In this document: one piece after another, positions 8,953-18,700 of the stretch
Layout: the number at the start of each line of letters is the position of its first letter
Position numbering within the stretch: position 1 is the stretch's first letter
Source of the DNA: Rhodothermales bacterium
GTDB taxonomy: Bacteria > Bacteroidota > Rhodothermia > Rhodothermales > Bin80
Direction: 5' to 3'
DNA: 64,000 nt
Assembly (NCBI GenBank): GCA_965220365.1
Contig: OZ244823.1
Span: 1,300,361 to 1,364,360, forward strand
Translations under genes and position numbers: made by a program
Notes under the pieces: generated by a model
Told to the model about the DNA's origin: nothing
What the model saw: the letters and a program-made list of their open reading frames with translations, nothing else
Databases searched by the model: none

Positions 8953-10233
8953 ATGGTACCTGAGACACAATTTGTTCTTAATACGTTTGCTTTCCTTATC
9001 TGGGGGGCCCTTGTAATGTGGATGGCGGCCGGCTTCACGATGTTGGAGTCTGGGTCGGTCCGCACCAAAAACGCATCCGTGATTTGCCTGAAAAATCTGG
9101 GTTTATATGCGATTGCAGGCTTAGCCTACTATATCATCGGTTATAATCTGATGTATACGGATGTCTCCGGCTTCATTGGGAGTTTTAAGCTGTTTTTCAA
9201 TGCTACCCCGGAAGAAGTCGCTCTGGTCGGTGGGGATACAAGTGTACAAGAGGCGGTCGTAGACAGTGGGTATTCCCAAATGTCGGGTTGGTTTTTTCAG
9301 ATGGTGTTTGTGGCTACTACCGCATCGATCGTGTCTGGTGCGTTGGCGGAACGGATCCGATTATGGGCATTTTTCTCGTTCGTACTTGTTTTGACTGCCA
9401 TTATATATCCGATCGTTGGTGCATGGACTTGGGGAGAGGGTTGGCTGTATGAGCTAGGCTTTTCGGATTTTGCTGGCTCAACGATTGTTCATGGTACAGG
9501 AGGATGGGCTGCACTTGCGGGGGCAATCATACTGGGGCCTCGTTTGGGAAAATTCAAGAAGGATGGTAGTGTAAATCCCACTCCACCCTCCAGTATCCCG
9601 ATCGTAACTTTGGGCGTGTTCATTTTATGGTTTGGCTGGTTCGGATTCAACGGCGGATCTCAATTGGCTTTGGCAGGAACCGTTGATGCGATCAGTATTG
9701 CAGGAATTCTTGCCAATACAAATCTCGCGGGTGCTGCCGGACTCTTTGCTGCGATCGTCGTTTCGCGTCCAATATTGGGTCGATTTGACATGTTTGCGAT
9801 CCTGAACGGTGCGCTGGCTGGATTGGTATCCATTACAGCTGCCCCCACCATGCATCACCATGGGATTGCCATTCTCATTGGTTTTGTCGGTGGTGTAGTT
9901 TGTGTCTTGGCAATCAAGTTGTTGGACAAGATGAAGATAGATGATGTTGTTGGTGCAGTACCCGTGCATCTCTTTGCAGGGATTTGGGGAACGGTTGCGG
10001 TTGCATTTACTGTAGATGGGACAAGCTTTGGAGTCCAGCTTTTGGGGATTGTGGTAATTGGAGCTTTTGTGTTCTCTGTTTCATTTGCAGTGTGGAAGCT
10101 GATAGATGTTCTTATTGGAACCCGTGTTTCAAAATCTGTTGAGCGTCTTGGACAGGATGCCGCCGAGTTGGGCGTGGATGCGTATCCTGAATTTGTATTG
10201 ATGCCAGAGGACTATGATGATGACGAAGGATAG
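8953..10233 (+). CDS. amt: Ammonium transporter (Amt family)
   Basis: The ORF-track start is 8872. The ATG at 8953 (MVPETQFVLNTFAFLIWGALVMWMAAGFTMLESG) matches the usual Amt N-terminus. There are about 11 TM segments and the conserved HG.GG and FGWFGFNGGS motifs. Confidence 0.9.
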   Translation: MVPETQFVLNTFAFLIWGALVMWMAAGFTMLESGSVRTKNASVICLKNLGLYAIAGLAYYIIGYNLMYTDVSGFIGSFKLFFNATPEEVALVGGDTSVQEAVVDSGYSQMSGWFFQMVFVATTASIVSGALAERIRLWAFFSFVLVLTAIIYPIVGAWTWGEGWLYELGFSDFAGSTIVHGTGGWAALAGAIILGPRLGKFKKDGSVNPTPPSSIPIVTLGVFILWFGWFGFNGGSQLALAGTVDAISIAGILANTNLAGAAGLFAAIVVSRPILGRFDMFAILNGALAGLVSITAAPTMHHHGIAILIGFVGGVVCVLAIKLLDKMKIDDVVGAVPVHLFAGIWGTVAVAFTVDGTSFGVQLLGIVVIGAFVFSVSFAVWKLIDVLIGTRVSKSVERLGQDAAELGVDAYPEFVLMPEDYDDDEG

Positions 10234-10585
10234 ATGAGACTATCGTAGTTCCTCCGATTCCCTTTAGACTTCCAGATCCATGGGGATGGCAGACATCATT
10301 TCTTCTTATGTCGGTGTGAATCTAGCAAACAGGCGCTTGAATTGCACAAATTAAGAGTGGGGCGGGATAAGCTGGGGGAATTATGTACATCAACTCACAG
10401 TAATAGCTGGAGAGCCATAAAATTTGAACTCCTTTTTCCAACAGTCTCAGCTTGTCAATGCTCCAGTCGTCATTTAATCACAAACTGGTTCTGATCAAAT
10501 CAGCCACAATGATATCTCCCTCCATGCAAGTCCTCGGTTGATTCAGTGAGAAACCAAAATTGAATCATCCCATACAAATGCCGAT

Positions 10586-12706
10586 ACGCGAATTCGCCAT
10601 TTCTCTCCGACCCTACTGAATTTCCCGGGTTAATTTTCGATTTTTTAGCCCCAACCCCCCTGATTTCGGCCTAAAACCGCCTGATTCAGGGCAAAATACG
10701 TGTTTTTGGACGATGTTTTGTCTAATCCCCCCAATGTAGTGGATTTTTTGCGAAACATTGCCGCAGCCCACGCATTCAACCCTCCCAAACAACCCCGCTC
10801 CTGATGTATATCCGTACCAAACCCCGGACCCTTAAATCCGGCAAAAAAGCCTGTACCTATTCCCTGGTTGAATCCCATCGTGTCCAGGGGAGTCCCAAGC
10901 AGCGGACGATTCTCAATCTCGGCAAAGACTTTCCCCTCCCCAAAGAACAATGGTCAGCGCTGATGCAATTTGTCATGGACGAATTACGCGGATACGCACG
11001 CCTGCCCATGGAGGATGAAGCCCTGCTCCAGACCGGTCAGGATATCCTTCGCCGACTCAAGAACAAGGGCTACAATATCCACGCTCCGCGCGATGATCGG
11101 GATGCAATCCTGACTCATGAGATCCATCATACCGACACGCGAACCATTGGCGGCGAGCGCGTGGCGCTGCGTGCCCTGCGCACGCTGGGGTTTCCACAGA
11201 TTCTGCAATCCTTGAAGTTCAACCAGGATCAGATCAACTGGGCCCTCGCGCTGGTGGTGGGGCGGATGCTGTCTCCGGGCAGTGAGCGGCAAACCTATGA
11301 ATGGATGTGTGAACGCTCCAGTATCATCGAATTACTCCACGGCAAGCTTCCAGGAGATCGCACCCTTTATCGCATCGCAGCCCGCCTTTACAAGCATCGA
11401 AAAACGGTGATGGACGAACTCTTTGGTAACACCAAGGCATTGTTCGGCTTTACCGAATCCATTGCCTTCTTTGATTTGACGAACACCTACTATACGGGGC
11501 GCAAAAAGGGAGCTCTCTTACGCCATGGTCGCAGCAAGGAAAAGCGTAGAGATTGTCCGCTGGTCACCTTAGCCTTGACGATGGATGCTTCGGGGTTTCC
11601 GCGTACAGCGGAAATTCTGCCCGGCAATGCCAGTGAACCCAAGACCTTGCGCACGGCGATTGAACAGCTCAATGGCAGCACCCCCACGGTCATTATGGAC
11701 GCAGGGATCGCTACCGAAGCAAATTTGACGTATTTGAAGGATGCGGGATTGAACTGGATCTGTGTGCAGCGCACAAAGACGCCCCCGGTGCCGGACCGGG
11801 AACCGGATCAGGTTTTTCAGACGACCAGCGAGATGCAGGTACGTGCATGGGAACTTGAGCAGGAAGATGGAGAACGACGCGTGTATCTGCACAGCGCGGC
11901 CCGGCAGGCACTCGGCGATCAGATCATGACCACGAAGCGTACCAGATTTGAGGCCGCCATCACGCACTTAAACGAAGGACTGACCGTGCCCGGGCGTCCG
12001 AAGAACCATGAAGTGATCCAACGGAAGGTTGGTCGACTCCTTGAGAAATACAAGCAGGTTGGATATCAGTATGAGGTCAAGGTGATTCCGAAAAAAGACA
12101 GCGCACATGCCGAAAAGATTCTTCTTACCCGTCGGTCTGCCTATGATGCCTGTACGGAAGCGTTTGGAGGCTATGTGCTGCGTACCAGTCACACAGCATG
12201 GCCCTGTGAGGAGCTTGCACGGACCTATTGGCAATTGGGCGAGATTGAACGCACGTTCCGAACGATGAAATCCGATCTCGGATTCCGTCCAATCTATCAT
12301 AGCCAGGATGAGCAGATTGAAGCACATCTGTTCCTGTCCATTCTGGCCTTTCATGCCGTTCATCTCATTCGAAGCAAATTGGGCGCGAAACAGATCCACA
12401 AAAGCTGGGGAACGCTCAAAACCAAACTCAATGAGCACAGGCGCGTGACAACCGTACTGCCACAGAATAAAACCCACTGTATCCTGCTCAAACAAGATCA
12501 GGACCTCAAACCATTCCAGCGCCAAATCTTCCAGATCATGGAACTCCCGCTCGGAAATAATACGCGGCGAATCAAGGCCAAACGCAAAAAAAAAGAAGAC
12601 GCCAAAGTGTAGAATAAGCTCCCAAATTCAACCCCTCTAACAACCCCTGAAAAATGGGGGACAGAAAATCTCAACAAAAAATTCCACTACAATGGCGAAC
12701 TTGCGG
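10586..12706 (+). mobile_element. IS1634-like (IS4 superfamily) insertion sequence, apparently intact
   Basis: The left end is acgcgaattcgccatttctctcc. An imperfect inverted copy, aatggcgaacttgcg, lies near 12691-12706. A single 602-aa transposase ORF is enclosed. The boundaries are approximate. Confidence 0.7.
10804..12612 (+). CDS. IS1634/IS4-superfamily DDE transposase
   Basis: 602 aa. The N-terminus MYIRTKPRTLKSG..YSLVESHRVQGSPKQRTILNLG is typical of IS1634-type transposases. The candidate DDE blocks are FFDLTNTYYTG, VIMDAGIATEANL and YWQLGEIERTFRTMKSDLGFRPIYH. Confidence 0.85.
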   Translation: MYIRTKPRTLKSGKKACTYSLVESHRVQGSPKQRTILNLGKDFPLPKEQWSALMQFVMDELRGYARLPMEDEALLQTGQDILRRLKNKGYNIHAPRDDRDAILTHEIHHTDTRTIGGERVALRALRTLGFPQILQSLKFNQDQINWALALVVGRMLSPGSERQTYEWMCERSSIIELLHGKLPGDRTLYRIAARLYKHRKTVMDELFGNTKALFGFTESIAFFDLTNTYYTGRKKGALLRHGRSKEKRRDCPLVTLALTMDASGFPRTAEILPGNASEPKTLRTAIEQLNGSTPTVIMDAGIATEANLTYLKDAGLNWICVQRTKTPPVPDREPDQVFQTTSEMQVRAWELEQEDGERRVYLHSAARQALGDQIMTTKRTRFEAAITHLNEGLTVPGRPKNHEVIQRKVGRLLEKYKQVGYQYEVKVIPKKDSAHAEKILLTRRSAYDACTEAFGGYVLRTSHTAWPCEELARTYWQLGEIERTFRTMKSDLGFRPIYHSQDEQIEAHLFLSILAFHAVHLIRSKLGAKQIHKSWGTLKTKLNEHRRVTTVLPQNKTHCILLKQDQDLKPFQRQIFQIMELPLGNNTRRIKAKRKKKEDAKV

Positions 12707-12835
12707 ATAGAACCGTTAGTGTAGGAACAGGTCCAGCACAAAAGATTTTCTCAGACATAACCATAACAAGTTTCTTTCCCAAAAAATTTTCTGCTTTCCG
12801 CTTACGGATGAGTGCAGGCAGGTGGCATTTCTTTT

Positions 12836-12859
12836 GGGAATTATAGTGAATAGTTGAAA
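12836..12859. repeat. Left terminal inverted repeat of the IS1595-family transposon
   Basis: Exact reverse complement of 15566-15589. Confidence 0.9.
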
Positions 12860-12917
12860 CAACTTCGATTCTTCTACGTATAAGATAATAGACAAAACAA
12901 ATTTGAGGTTGTATATT

Positions 12918-13862
12918 ATGGCTAGCCCAGGACGTTCCTACCGAGAAGGAATCACGTTTTTAGAATTGGCTGAAAGATTCCCCGATGAAGCATCTGCTCA
13001 AAAATGGTTCGAGAAAGTGCATTGGCTAGACGGTAATTTGTGCTGCCTGCGCTGTGGCAGTGAGAACGTATACCGGTGCAAACACAAGACCATGCCATTC
13101 CGGTGCCGGGATTGCAAGAAGTATTTCAGCGTCAAGACCGGAACGGCGATGGAATCTTCTAATCTGCCATTAAGGAAATGGGTATGGGCTCTCTACTTGG
13201 AGAACACAAACCTGAAAGGGGTATCCTCTATGAAGCTGCATAGAGATATTGGTGTTGCACAGTCCAATACGTGGCATATGCTACACCGTATCCGCGAAGG
13301 CTTGTTACCGGAAATGATTAATGAGTTTGAAGGGCCGGTAGAGGTAGACGAAGCATACATAGGTGGCAAGGAAGCCAACAAGCATGAGGACAAGAAACTC
13401 AATGCTGGGCGGGGTACTGTTGGCAAGAGTGCTGTATTGGGCGTGAAAGATCGTAAGACCAATCAGATTACCGCGAAGGTGATTGAGGATACCACCAAGC
13501 CAACGGTGCAGGAGTTCATCAATGATAACCGCTCCAAAGATGCTTCAGTATTCACCGATGAGCATAGCAGTTATGAAGGCTTGACCAACCATGCATCTGT
13601 AAATCACAGCCAGAAACAGTGGGCAGTATCTACTGTGCTGGGAGAATACGCTCACACAAATGGCATCGAATCATTCTGGGCGGTTCTGAAGCGTGCCTAT
13701 CATGGCACCTACCATCACCTAAGCAAGAAACACCTTAACCGCTACGTAACTCAGTTTGCCGGCAAGCACAATCTACGAGAACTGGATACCATTGACCAAA
13801 TGGCAACGGTTGTCAGGGGCATGGCCGGGAAGCGGTTGAAGTATAAAGACCTAGTCGCATAA
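12918..13862 (+). CDS. IS1595-family (ISXO2-like) DDE transposase
   Basis: The ATG at 12918 (MASPGRSYREG...) is preferred over the TTG at 12903. It has the N-terminal zinc ribbon CCLRCGSENVYRCKHKTMPFRCRDCKKYF and the motifs VEVDEAYIGGK, FTDEHSSY and HTNGIESFWAVLKR, which are characteristic of the family. Confidence 0.9.
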   Translation: MASPGRSYREGITFLELAERFPDEASAQKWFEKVHWLDGNLCCLRCGSENVYRCKHKTMPFRCRDCKKYFSVKTGTAMESSNLPLRKWVWALYLENTNLKGVSSMKLHRDIGVAQSNTWHMLHRIREGLLPEMINEFEGPVEVDEAYIGGKEANKHEDKKLNAGRGTVGKSAVLGVKDRKTNQITAKVIEDTTKPTVQEFINDNRSKDASVFTDEHSSYEGLTNHASVNHSQKQWAVSTVLGEYAHTNGIESFWAVLKRAYHGTYHHLSKKHLNRYVTQFAGKHNLRELDTIDQMATVVRGMAGKRLKYKDLVA

Positions 13863-13871
13863 TGACGCCCG

Positions 13872-13883
13872 CCCCCCCCCCCC
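13872..13883. repeat. Poly-C homopolymer (12 C) between the transposase stop and the methyltransferase body
   Basis: Counted directly in gcccgCCCCCCCCCCCCgaaaaat. It lies inside the conserved-looking upstream extension of the methyltransferase reading frame. Confidence 0.9.
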
Positions 13884-13950
13884 GAAAAATCGTGCCAACT
13901 GGAAAAATCGGACGCTATTCATCCATGACAACCTTCCAATTCTCCGTGGC

Positions 13951-15366
13951 ATGAACAGTGACTCTGTTGATCTGATTGCAACGGATCCCCCGTTCAACAA
14001 AAAGAGGCAGTTCAATGCTCCATTAAAATCCAAAGCATCTGGGCAGAAGTTTGAAGATCGTTGGAGATGGGATGAAGTAACCAAAGAATGGCATGATTTG
14101 ATCGCGACCGACTATCCAGCAATCAAAGAGTTAATTGAGGCTGCGGTGGTGATTGAAGGCGGAAGTATTGACAGGCAGACAGGGAAAGTAGACACGGGGA
14201 AAACAAAAAACAGTGTTGCTGCTTTTCTTGTGTGGATGGCACCGAGATTGATTGAAATGAAACGGGTATTAAAACTCACTGGGTCAATCTATCTGCATTG
14301 TGATCCAACTGCAAGCCATTATCTAAAGCTGTTGATGGATGCAGTATTTGGCAAAAATAATTTCAGGAATGAAATTGTGTGGCGCAGAACAACGGGTAAC
14401 AAAAGTTCAACGAAGGGGCTATCTAAGAATTCAGATATTATTTTGCGATACTCCAAGTCAGGTAAGTTTATCTGGAACCAAGACGCAGTGACAGTACCAT
14501 ATGATCTGAACAACTTGGACAAAAAAAAAACGCTAAAGCAGTACTCCAAAACTGATTCAGATGGCAGGCGGTATGCCTTGACTGATCTCACCGATCCTAC
14601 ACAAAATCCAGAATCAAATTGCACGTATGAAGTAATGGGCGTAACTCGGACATGGAGGTGGATTAAAGAACGGATGGATCAAGAAATTGCAAATGGTCGG
14701 GTGGTGCAGACTAAACGAGGGAATGTGCCAAGATTCAAAAGATACTTGGATGAGCAAGAAGGAAAGAAAATGGATTCCATTTGGACGGACATACCAAGAG
14801 TTGAGGGAAAGTCGAAAGAAAGCACAGGTTGGAAAACCCAAAAGCCAATAGCCCTCTATCAGAGGATCATACAGGCATCAAGCAACAAAGAAGATTTGGT
14901 ATTGGATCCTTTTGCTGGATGTGCAACAACATGTGTAGCTGCGGAATCTCTGCAACGTCGCTGGATCGGCATTGATATTGATGAAGTAGCTGCTACCGTT
15001 ACGCGAGACCAGTTGTTTAAATATGCAGGACTGAATCAGTCGCTCGACGATACGTTTGTGCAGGTGAAGACCCAACCCCCGAAGCGTACGGATTCCCCCT
15101 CTATGAGTGACGCCCGTATGCGATTGGTACTCTGGAAAAAACAGGGTCACAGGTGTGCCAATCCTTACTGCTCTTCTAAAAGTGACCTTCGAAAAGAAGA
15201 TTTACATTTAGATCATGTCATCCCTAAATCCCGAGGTGGTCCAGATGATATATCCAACCGGAATGCACTCTGCGGAAACTGCAATTTGCGCAAAGGCAAG
15301 AAGGCTTGGGGAATGTTTCTTGACGAAGAGCGAAGCAGACAGCCACATCCATCTTTACCCTGCTGA
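13951..15366 (+). CDS. Beta-class (Mod-like, PF01555-type) N6-adenine/N4-cytosine DNA methyltransferase fused to a C-terminal HNH nuclease domain. The N-terminus is probably truncated in the present frame.
   Basis: Motif IV is SVDLIATDPPFN at the N-terminus. The block YLHCDPTASHYLKLLMDAVFGKNNFRNEIVW follows. Motif I is LVLDPFAGCATTCVAAESLQRRWIGIDID near residue 320. The C-terminal HNH is HLDHVIPKSRGGPDDISNRNALCGNCNLRKGKK. The frame stays open upstream to 13855 and encodes NRTLFIHDNLPILRG, a typical methylase N-terminus. Confidence 0.85.
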   Translation: MNSDSVDLIATDPPFNKKRQFNAPLKSKASGQKFEDRWRWDEVTKEWHDLIATDYPAIKELIEAAVVIEGGSIDRQTGKVDTGKTKNSVAAFLVWMAPRLIEMKRVLKLTGSIYLHCDPTASHYLKLLMDAVFGKNNFRNEIVWRRTTGNKSSTKGLSKNSDIILRYSKSGKFIWNQDAVTVPYDLNNLDKKKTLKQYSKTDSDGRRYALTDLTDPTQNPESNCTYEVMGVTRTWRWIKERMDQEIANGRVVQTKRGNVPRFKRYLDEQEGKKMDSIWTDIPRVEGKSKESTGWKTQKPIALYQRIIQASSNKEDLVLDPFAGCATTCVAAESLQRRWIGIDIDEVAATVTRDQLFKYAGLNQSLDDTFVQVKTQPPKRTDSPSMSDARMRLVLWKKQGHRCANPYCSSKSDLRKEDLHLDHVIPKSRGGPDDISNRNALCGNCNLRKGKKAWGMFLDEERSRQPHPSLPC

Positions 15367-15373
15367 TAATCTC

Positions 15374-15556
15374 ATGAAAAACATGCCACCCGAGAAACAA
15401 TCCAAGTCGAATCCGAAAGACCGTTTAGACGCAATGCTAGACGAGCCATGCCGGAACGAGCGTTACGGGGGAATGACGATGCGTGAGATGGTACGGAAAG
15501 TGGTGCTGCGCAGGGATGACCAGGTAGAGAAACGGCAGAAAACCGACCTGAAATGA
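15374..15556 (+). CDS. Small hypothetical protein (60 aa) inside the transposon
   Basis: The ATG at 15374 lies just after the methylase stop (MKNMPPEKQSKSNPKDRLDAMLDEP...). It is the downstream part of ORF 15215..15556. No recognisable motif. Confidence 0.3.
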   Translation: MKNMPPEKQSKSNPKDRLDAMLDEPCRNERYGGMTMREMVRKVVLRRDDQVEKRQKTDLK

Positions 15557-15565
15557 GCGGAGCCT

Positions 15566-15589
15566 TTTCAACTATTCACTATAATTCCC
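15566..15589. repeat. Right terminal inverted repeat of the IS1595-family transposon
   Basis: Exact reverse complement of 12836-12859. Confidence 0.9.
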
Positions 15590-15759
15590 TTTCTTTTTAC
15601 TGTATCTTTGAGGAAAATGAGACGGGACGAAAAGAGAACGCTTAAAATTCGTCTGGTTACTGCGGAGAGTATGTTTTTAAAATTACGGGTGTATCCGTGA
15701 ATGCTTCGGTTCCTGATGACTGTCCGTCACTCTTCCTCTAAATTTCCCTTGTTTAGGTT

Positions 15760-15764
15760 AGGAG
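15760..15764 (+). promoter_or_regulatory. Shine-Dalgarno-like AGGAG upstream of the giant ORF
   Basis: In taGGAGactctcGTGATG the AGGAG lies 6 nt before GTG 15771 and 9 nt before ATG 15774. An in-frame TAG at 15759-15761 fixes the 5' limit of the ORF. Confidence 0.4.
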
Positions 15765-15770
15765 ACTCTC

Positions 15771-18700
15771 GTGATGTTTAGGTTACTACTTTGTGTCCTC
15801 CCCTTAATCGTCCTTGACCTAGAAGATGCCAAACACCATCGAATTCAAGCGGCGCTCCATATTGATCAAGTTGCCCCGTCAGAAACTTCCCGTAAGAATG
15901 AGATACAGAGGGGAAAATATGAGGATTTTGCGGAGTTGAGTTTGATGGAAGCTAGCCGGAAGTTCGCGGGTGTATATGTCGAGCAGGCCGGGATAGCCCA
16001 TCGTGTGGCAGCAGATGACAAAGGGCAGGTTGTAAGCCCTAATATGGGGTGGACATCTGGATTTGAGTTGACCACCGCCAGGGTTGGAGAGCTTGATGAT
16101 CATATATCTGGATTCGGCATAGATACAAATGTTTTTGATACGGGCCGGGGAATATCGGTGAGGATAGGGCCGGATGACTCATTTACAAAGGTGGGAATGT
16201 TTTCCCTGATGGGTAATGCATCAGACAATAGTGGATTTACGATGGCTACAGAGCCCCAGAGTGATGTAGGAGACAAGGATGCAAAGGTATTGGATAGGCA
16301 TGGTGTGAGAGCGATCCCAGATGTTATTATAGAGGGCGGATTAACTATCCAAGCCACAATCCATTCATCTTCAATTGCTATGATGGAAGATTACAACATA
16401 CCTAGATGGGAACCCCTTCAATCAGATATAAATGACCATTTTTGGAATTTTCAATTTCCAAAGAGTGCGAAAATTTCCAGTACCCGAATCGGGATGGATA
16501 ATGGGGATACTGATCATGGGACGGAAAGATTATTTCTCCCCGGCATTACACATTTAAGTTCTGCAGTTGAGGAATTGAGAAAATTTGGGTGTCGACCTTC
16601 AAACTGCTCACTCCCAATCACAATCCACACGAAGAGGCCAACACTTAAAATCAGCGATATCCCCAACAAGATCAACTCCAAGACCATGTTCACGGCCATC
16701 TTCACCTTCAGTGAGGATGTAGCAGGCTTTGATATTATAGATGTGACGGTAACTGGTGGTTCTAAGGGGAATCTTTCGGGAGGCGGGACGACCTATAAGC
16801 TGCCGATCGCACCGGATGGTGATGCTGATGTAACGGTGGGAGTAAGGGCGAATTCAGTGACAAATGCCATTGGCAGTACTGGGCCAATCTCGGCGATTTC
16901 GGCCACGGCTATTTGGGATGCAACACCCCTAGACGTGACCATATCGGTGCCCAATGCGATCAATCCCTCGGCCGAGTTCACAACTACCTTTACCTTCGGT
17001 GAGACGGTGACAGGCTTTGAGACCGAGGATATAAGTGTAGCCGGTGACATGAAGAGAGTACTGAGTAGAAGCAACTCCACCTATACGATGCCGATTACAC
17101 CGACCGCATCCGAGAAGGTGGTAGTGAAAGTCGCACGCAATTCAGAAATAGATGATGTTGATAATACGGGTCCGCCGCACGAGATTGGGATAGAGGCGAT
17201 GATATGGAATACGCCTACGGTGGATTTAAAGTCACCTTCAGACCTGATTGTAGAGGGGGAGGATGTCACGATGGCAGCCATACTTTCCTCTACACTGTCA
17301 GGCGATGTGACGATTCCGGCAACGATAGATTATAAATGTAGTGATGTATGTATAGAAGATAGGCACAGCGGCGCATCTGTTTCAACGGCAATAACGATTT
17401 CTGCAGGTGATCTAGGGGGGACGAGTACTATTTCAACGACTGCAGATTCGAATAATGGTGATGAAAGGCCTAGGGTGGTGATGGATACGGGTAACCTGTC
17501 ATCCGGCGTTCGTGCAGATGTACCGAATCAGGTTGCGGTGACAGCATATGAGCCGAAGAAAGTGGAATTTGATATATCTCCAGAGACGGTGTACGAAGGC
17601 GAAGATGTCACCGTGACGGTAAGGTTTTTGAATTCACAGACTTTATCAAGTGATGTGACGATCCCTTTTCTAATGTATGATCAGAATTGGAATTCCGGCA
17701 AAAACCCCGTTGTTCGTCCACAGGCTCCAAAAAAACTTGAGGTTGAGATCAAGGCGGGGACTGTGGAGGCATCTGGTACACTTGAGACGATCATAGATGG
17801 CAGCGGGAGAGATGAAGAAGTCAGCGTGGTGTTTGGAACATTGCCGCCGGAGGTAAAGCGTGTGACGGCTGGTCGCCGATTAATCATTAAGGGGAGTAAG
17901 CGGACTGTAACATTGTCTGCGAGCCCGAATCCGGTTTTCGAGGGTTCACCAGGTGGGGTAGCGGTGACCGCCGAACTTTCTTATGCACATTCACAGGAGG
18001 TCCGTATTCCGTTGACGTATCGTGACAAGACGGCACCTGGAACATCTTTGACAGCAGAGCCAACGGATTATGACGATGTTGATTTCATCACGATCTCAGC
18101 AGATAGTACGACAGGGACCGAAACAATAGCCATTCCTGATGAGGCTCCTATACCCAAGGATAGTGAGGATGAAACATTCATGGTCGTAATTGATGAGTCC
18201 ACTCTCCAGTCAGACTTGATCGCAGGGCTTCCAAAAGATGTGGAGATTACCATCAGGGACAATGATAAGGTGGAGGTAAATTTAGAGTTGCTTTCACCGG
18301 GAATTGTGCTTGAAGGCGAAAACCCTGCAGCAAGAATAGAGGTGAAAATCTCAGAGATACTGCCGAATACTGTTGCAATTCCATTGTTAATGACTCAGGA
18401 CCTTCCGACATCTGGACAATCAGCAGTGTTATGCCCCGCCGTAATCAAAGCGGGAGAAAAAAGCACGGAATATGAGATTTTACGTGCAGTGGATGATGAT
18501 GATAAGGATGAGCAGTATACGGTCACGTTGGATCCGTCCCCGCCTCTAGGCACTCCTTCTTCTTGCTCCGCCCATGTCAATTCCTGGCCAGTTGAGGTAC
18601 TTGAGGGATCGGATAACTCTGTCACGTTTACGATTCAGGATAGGCCTGTGGTGAAATTAACTGCTTCGCCAACAACGCAAAATGAGGGGGATTCGGTGGA

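Larger units (their letters stand above)
12836..15589 (+). mobile_element. IS1595-family transposon carrying passenger genes (transposase, DNA methyltransferase-HNH fusion, small ORF)
   Basis: Perfect 24-bp terminal inverted repeats GGGAATTATAGTGAATAGTTGAAA lie at 12836-12859 and, reverse-complemented, at 15566-15589. They are flanked by the 8-bp direct repeat TTTCTTTT at 12828-12835 and 15590-15597. Confidence 0.9.

Noticed and set aside
10645-10950. A 101-aa minus-strand ORF and its look-alike within ORF 34504..35145 (shared peptide RGCLGGLNA...KKSTTLGG.DKTS...TYFALNQA).
   Set aside because: The shared 'protein' results from translating the duplicated IS1634-like 5' UTR and inverted repeat. 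In the intact copy it is antisense and overlaps the transposase start. The similarity is better explained as DNA-level IS homology.
11968-12525. A 185-aa minus-strand ORF and other antisense ORFs inside the IS1634-like transposase gene.
   Set aside because: They are fully nested antisense to a well-supported 602-aa transposase and have no motifs.
15215-15373. The upstream part of the 113-aa ORF overlapping the HNH-coding end of the methylase in another frame.
   Set aside because: The overlap with a motif-bearing frame makes it unlikely. Only the non-overlapping part from ATG 15374 was kept, as a low-confidence small ORF.
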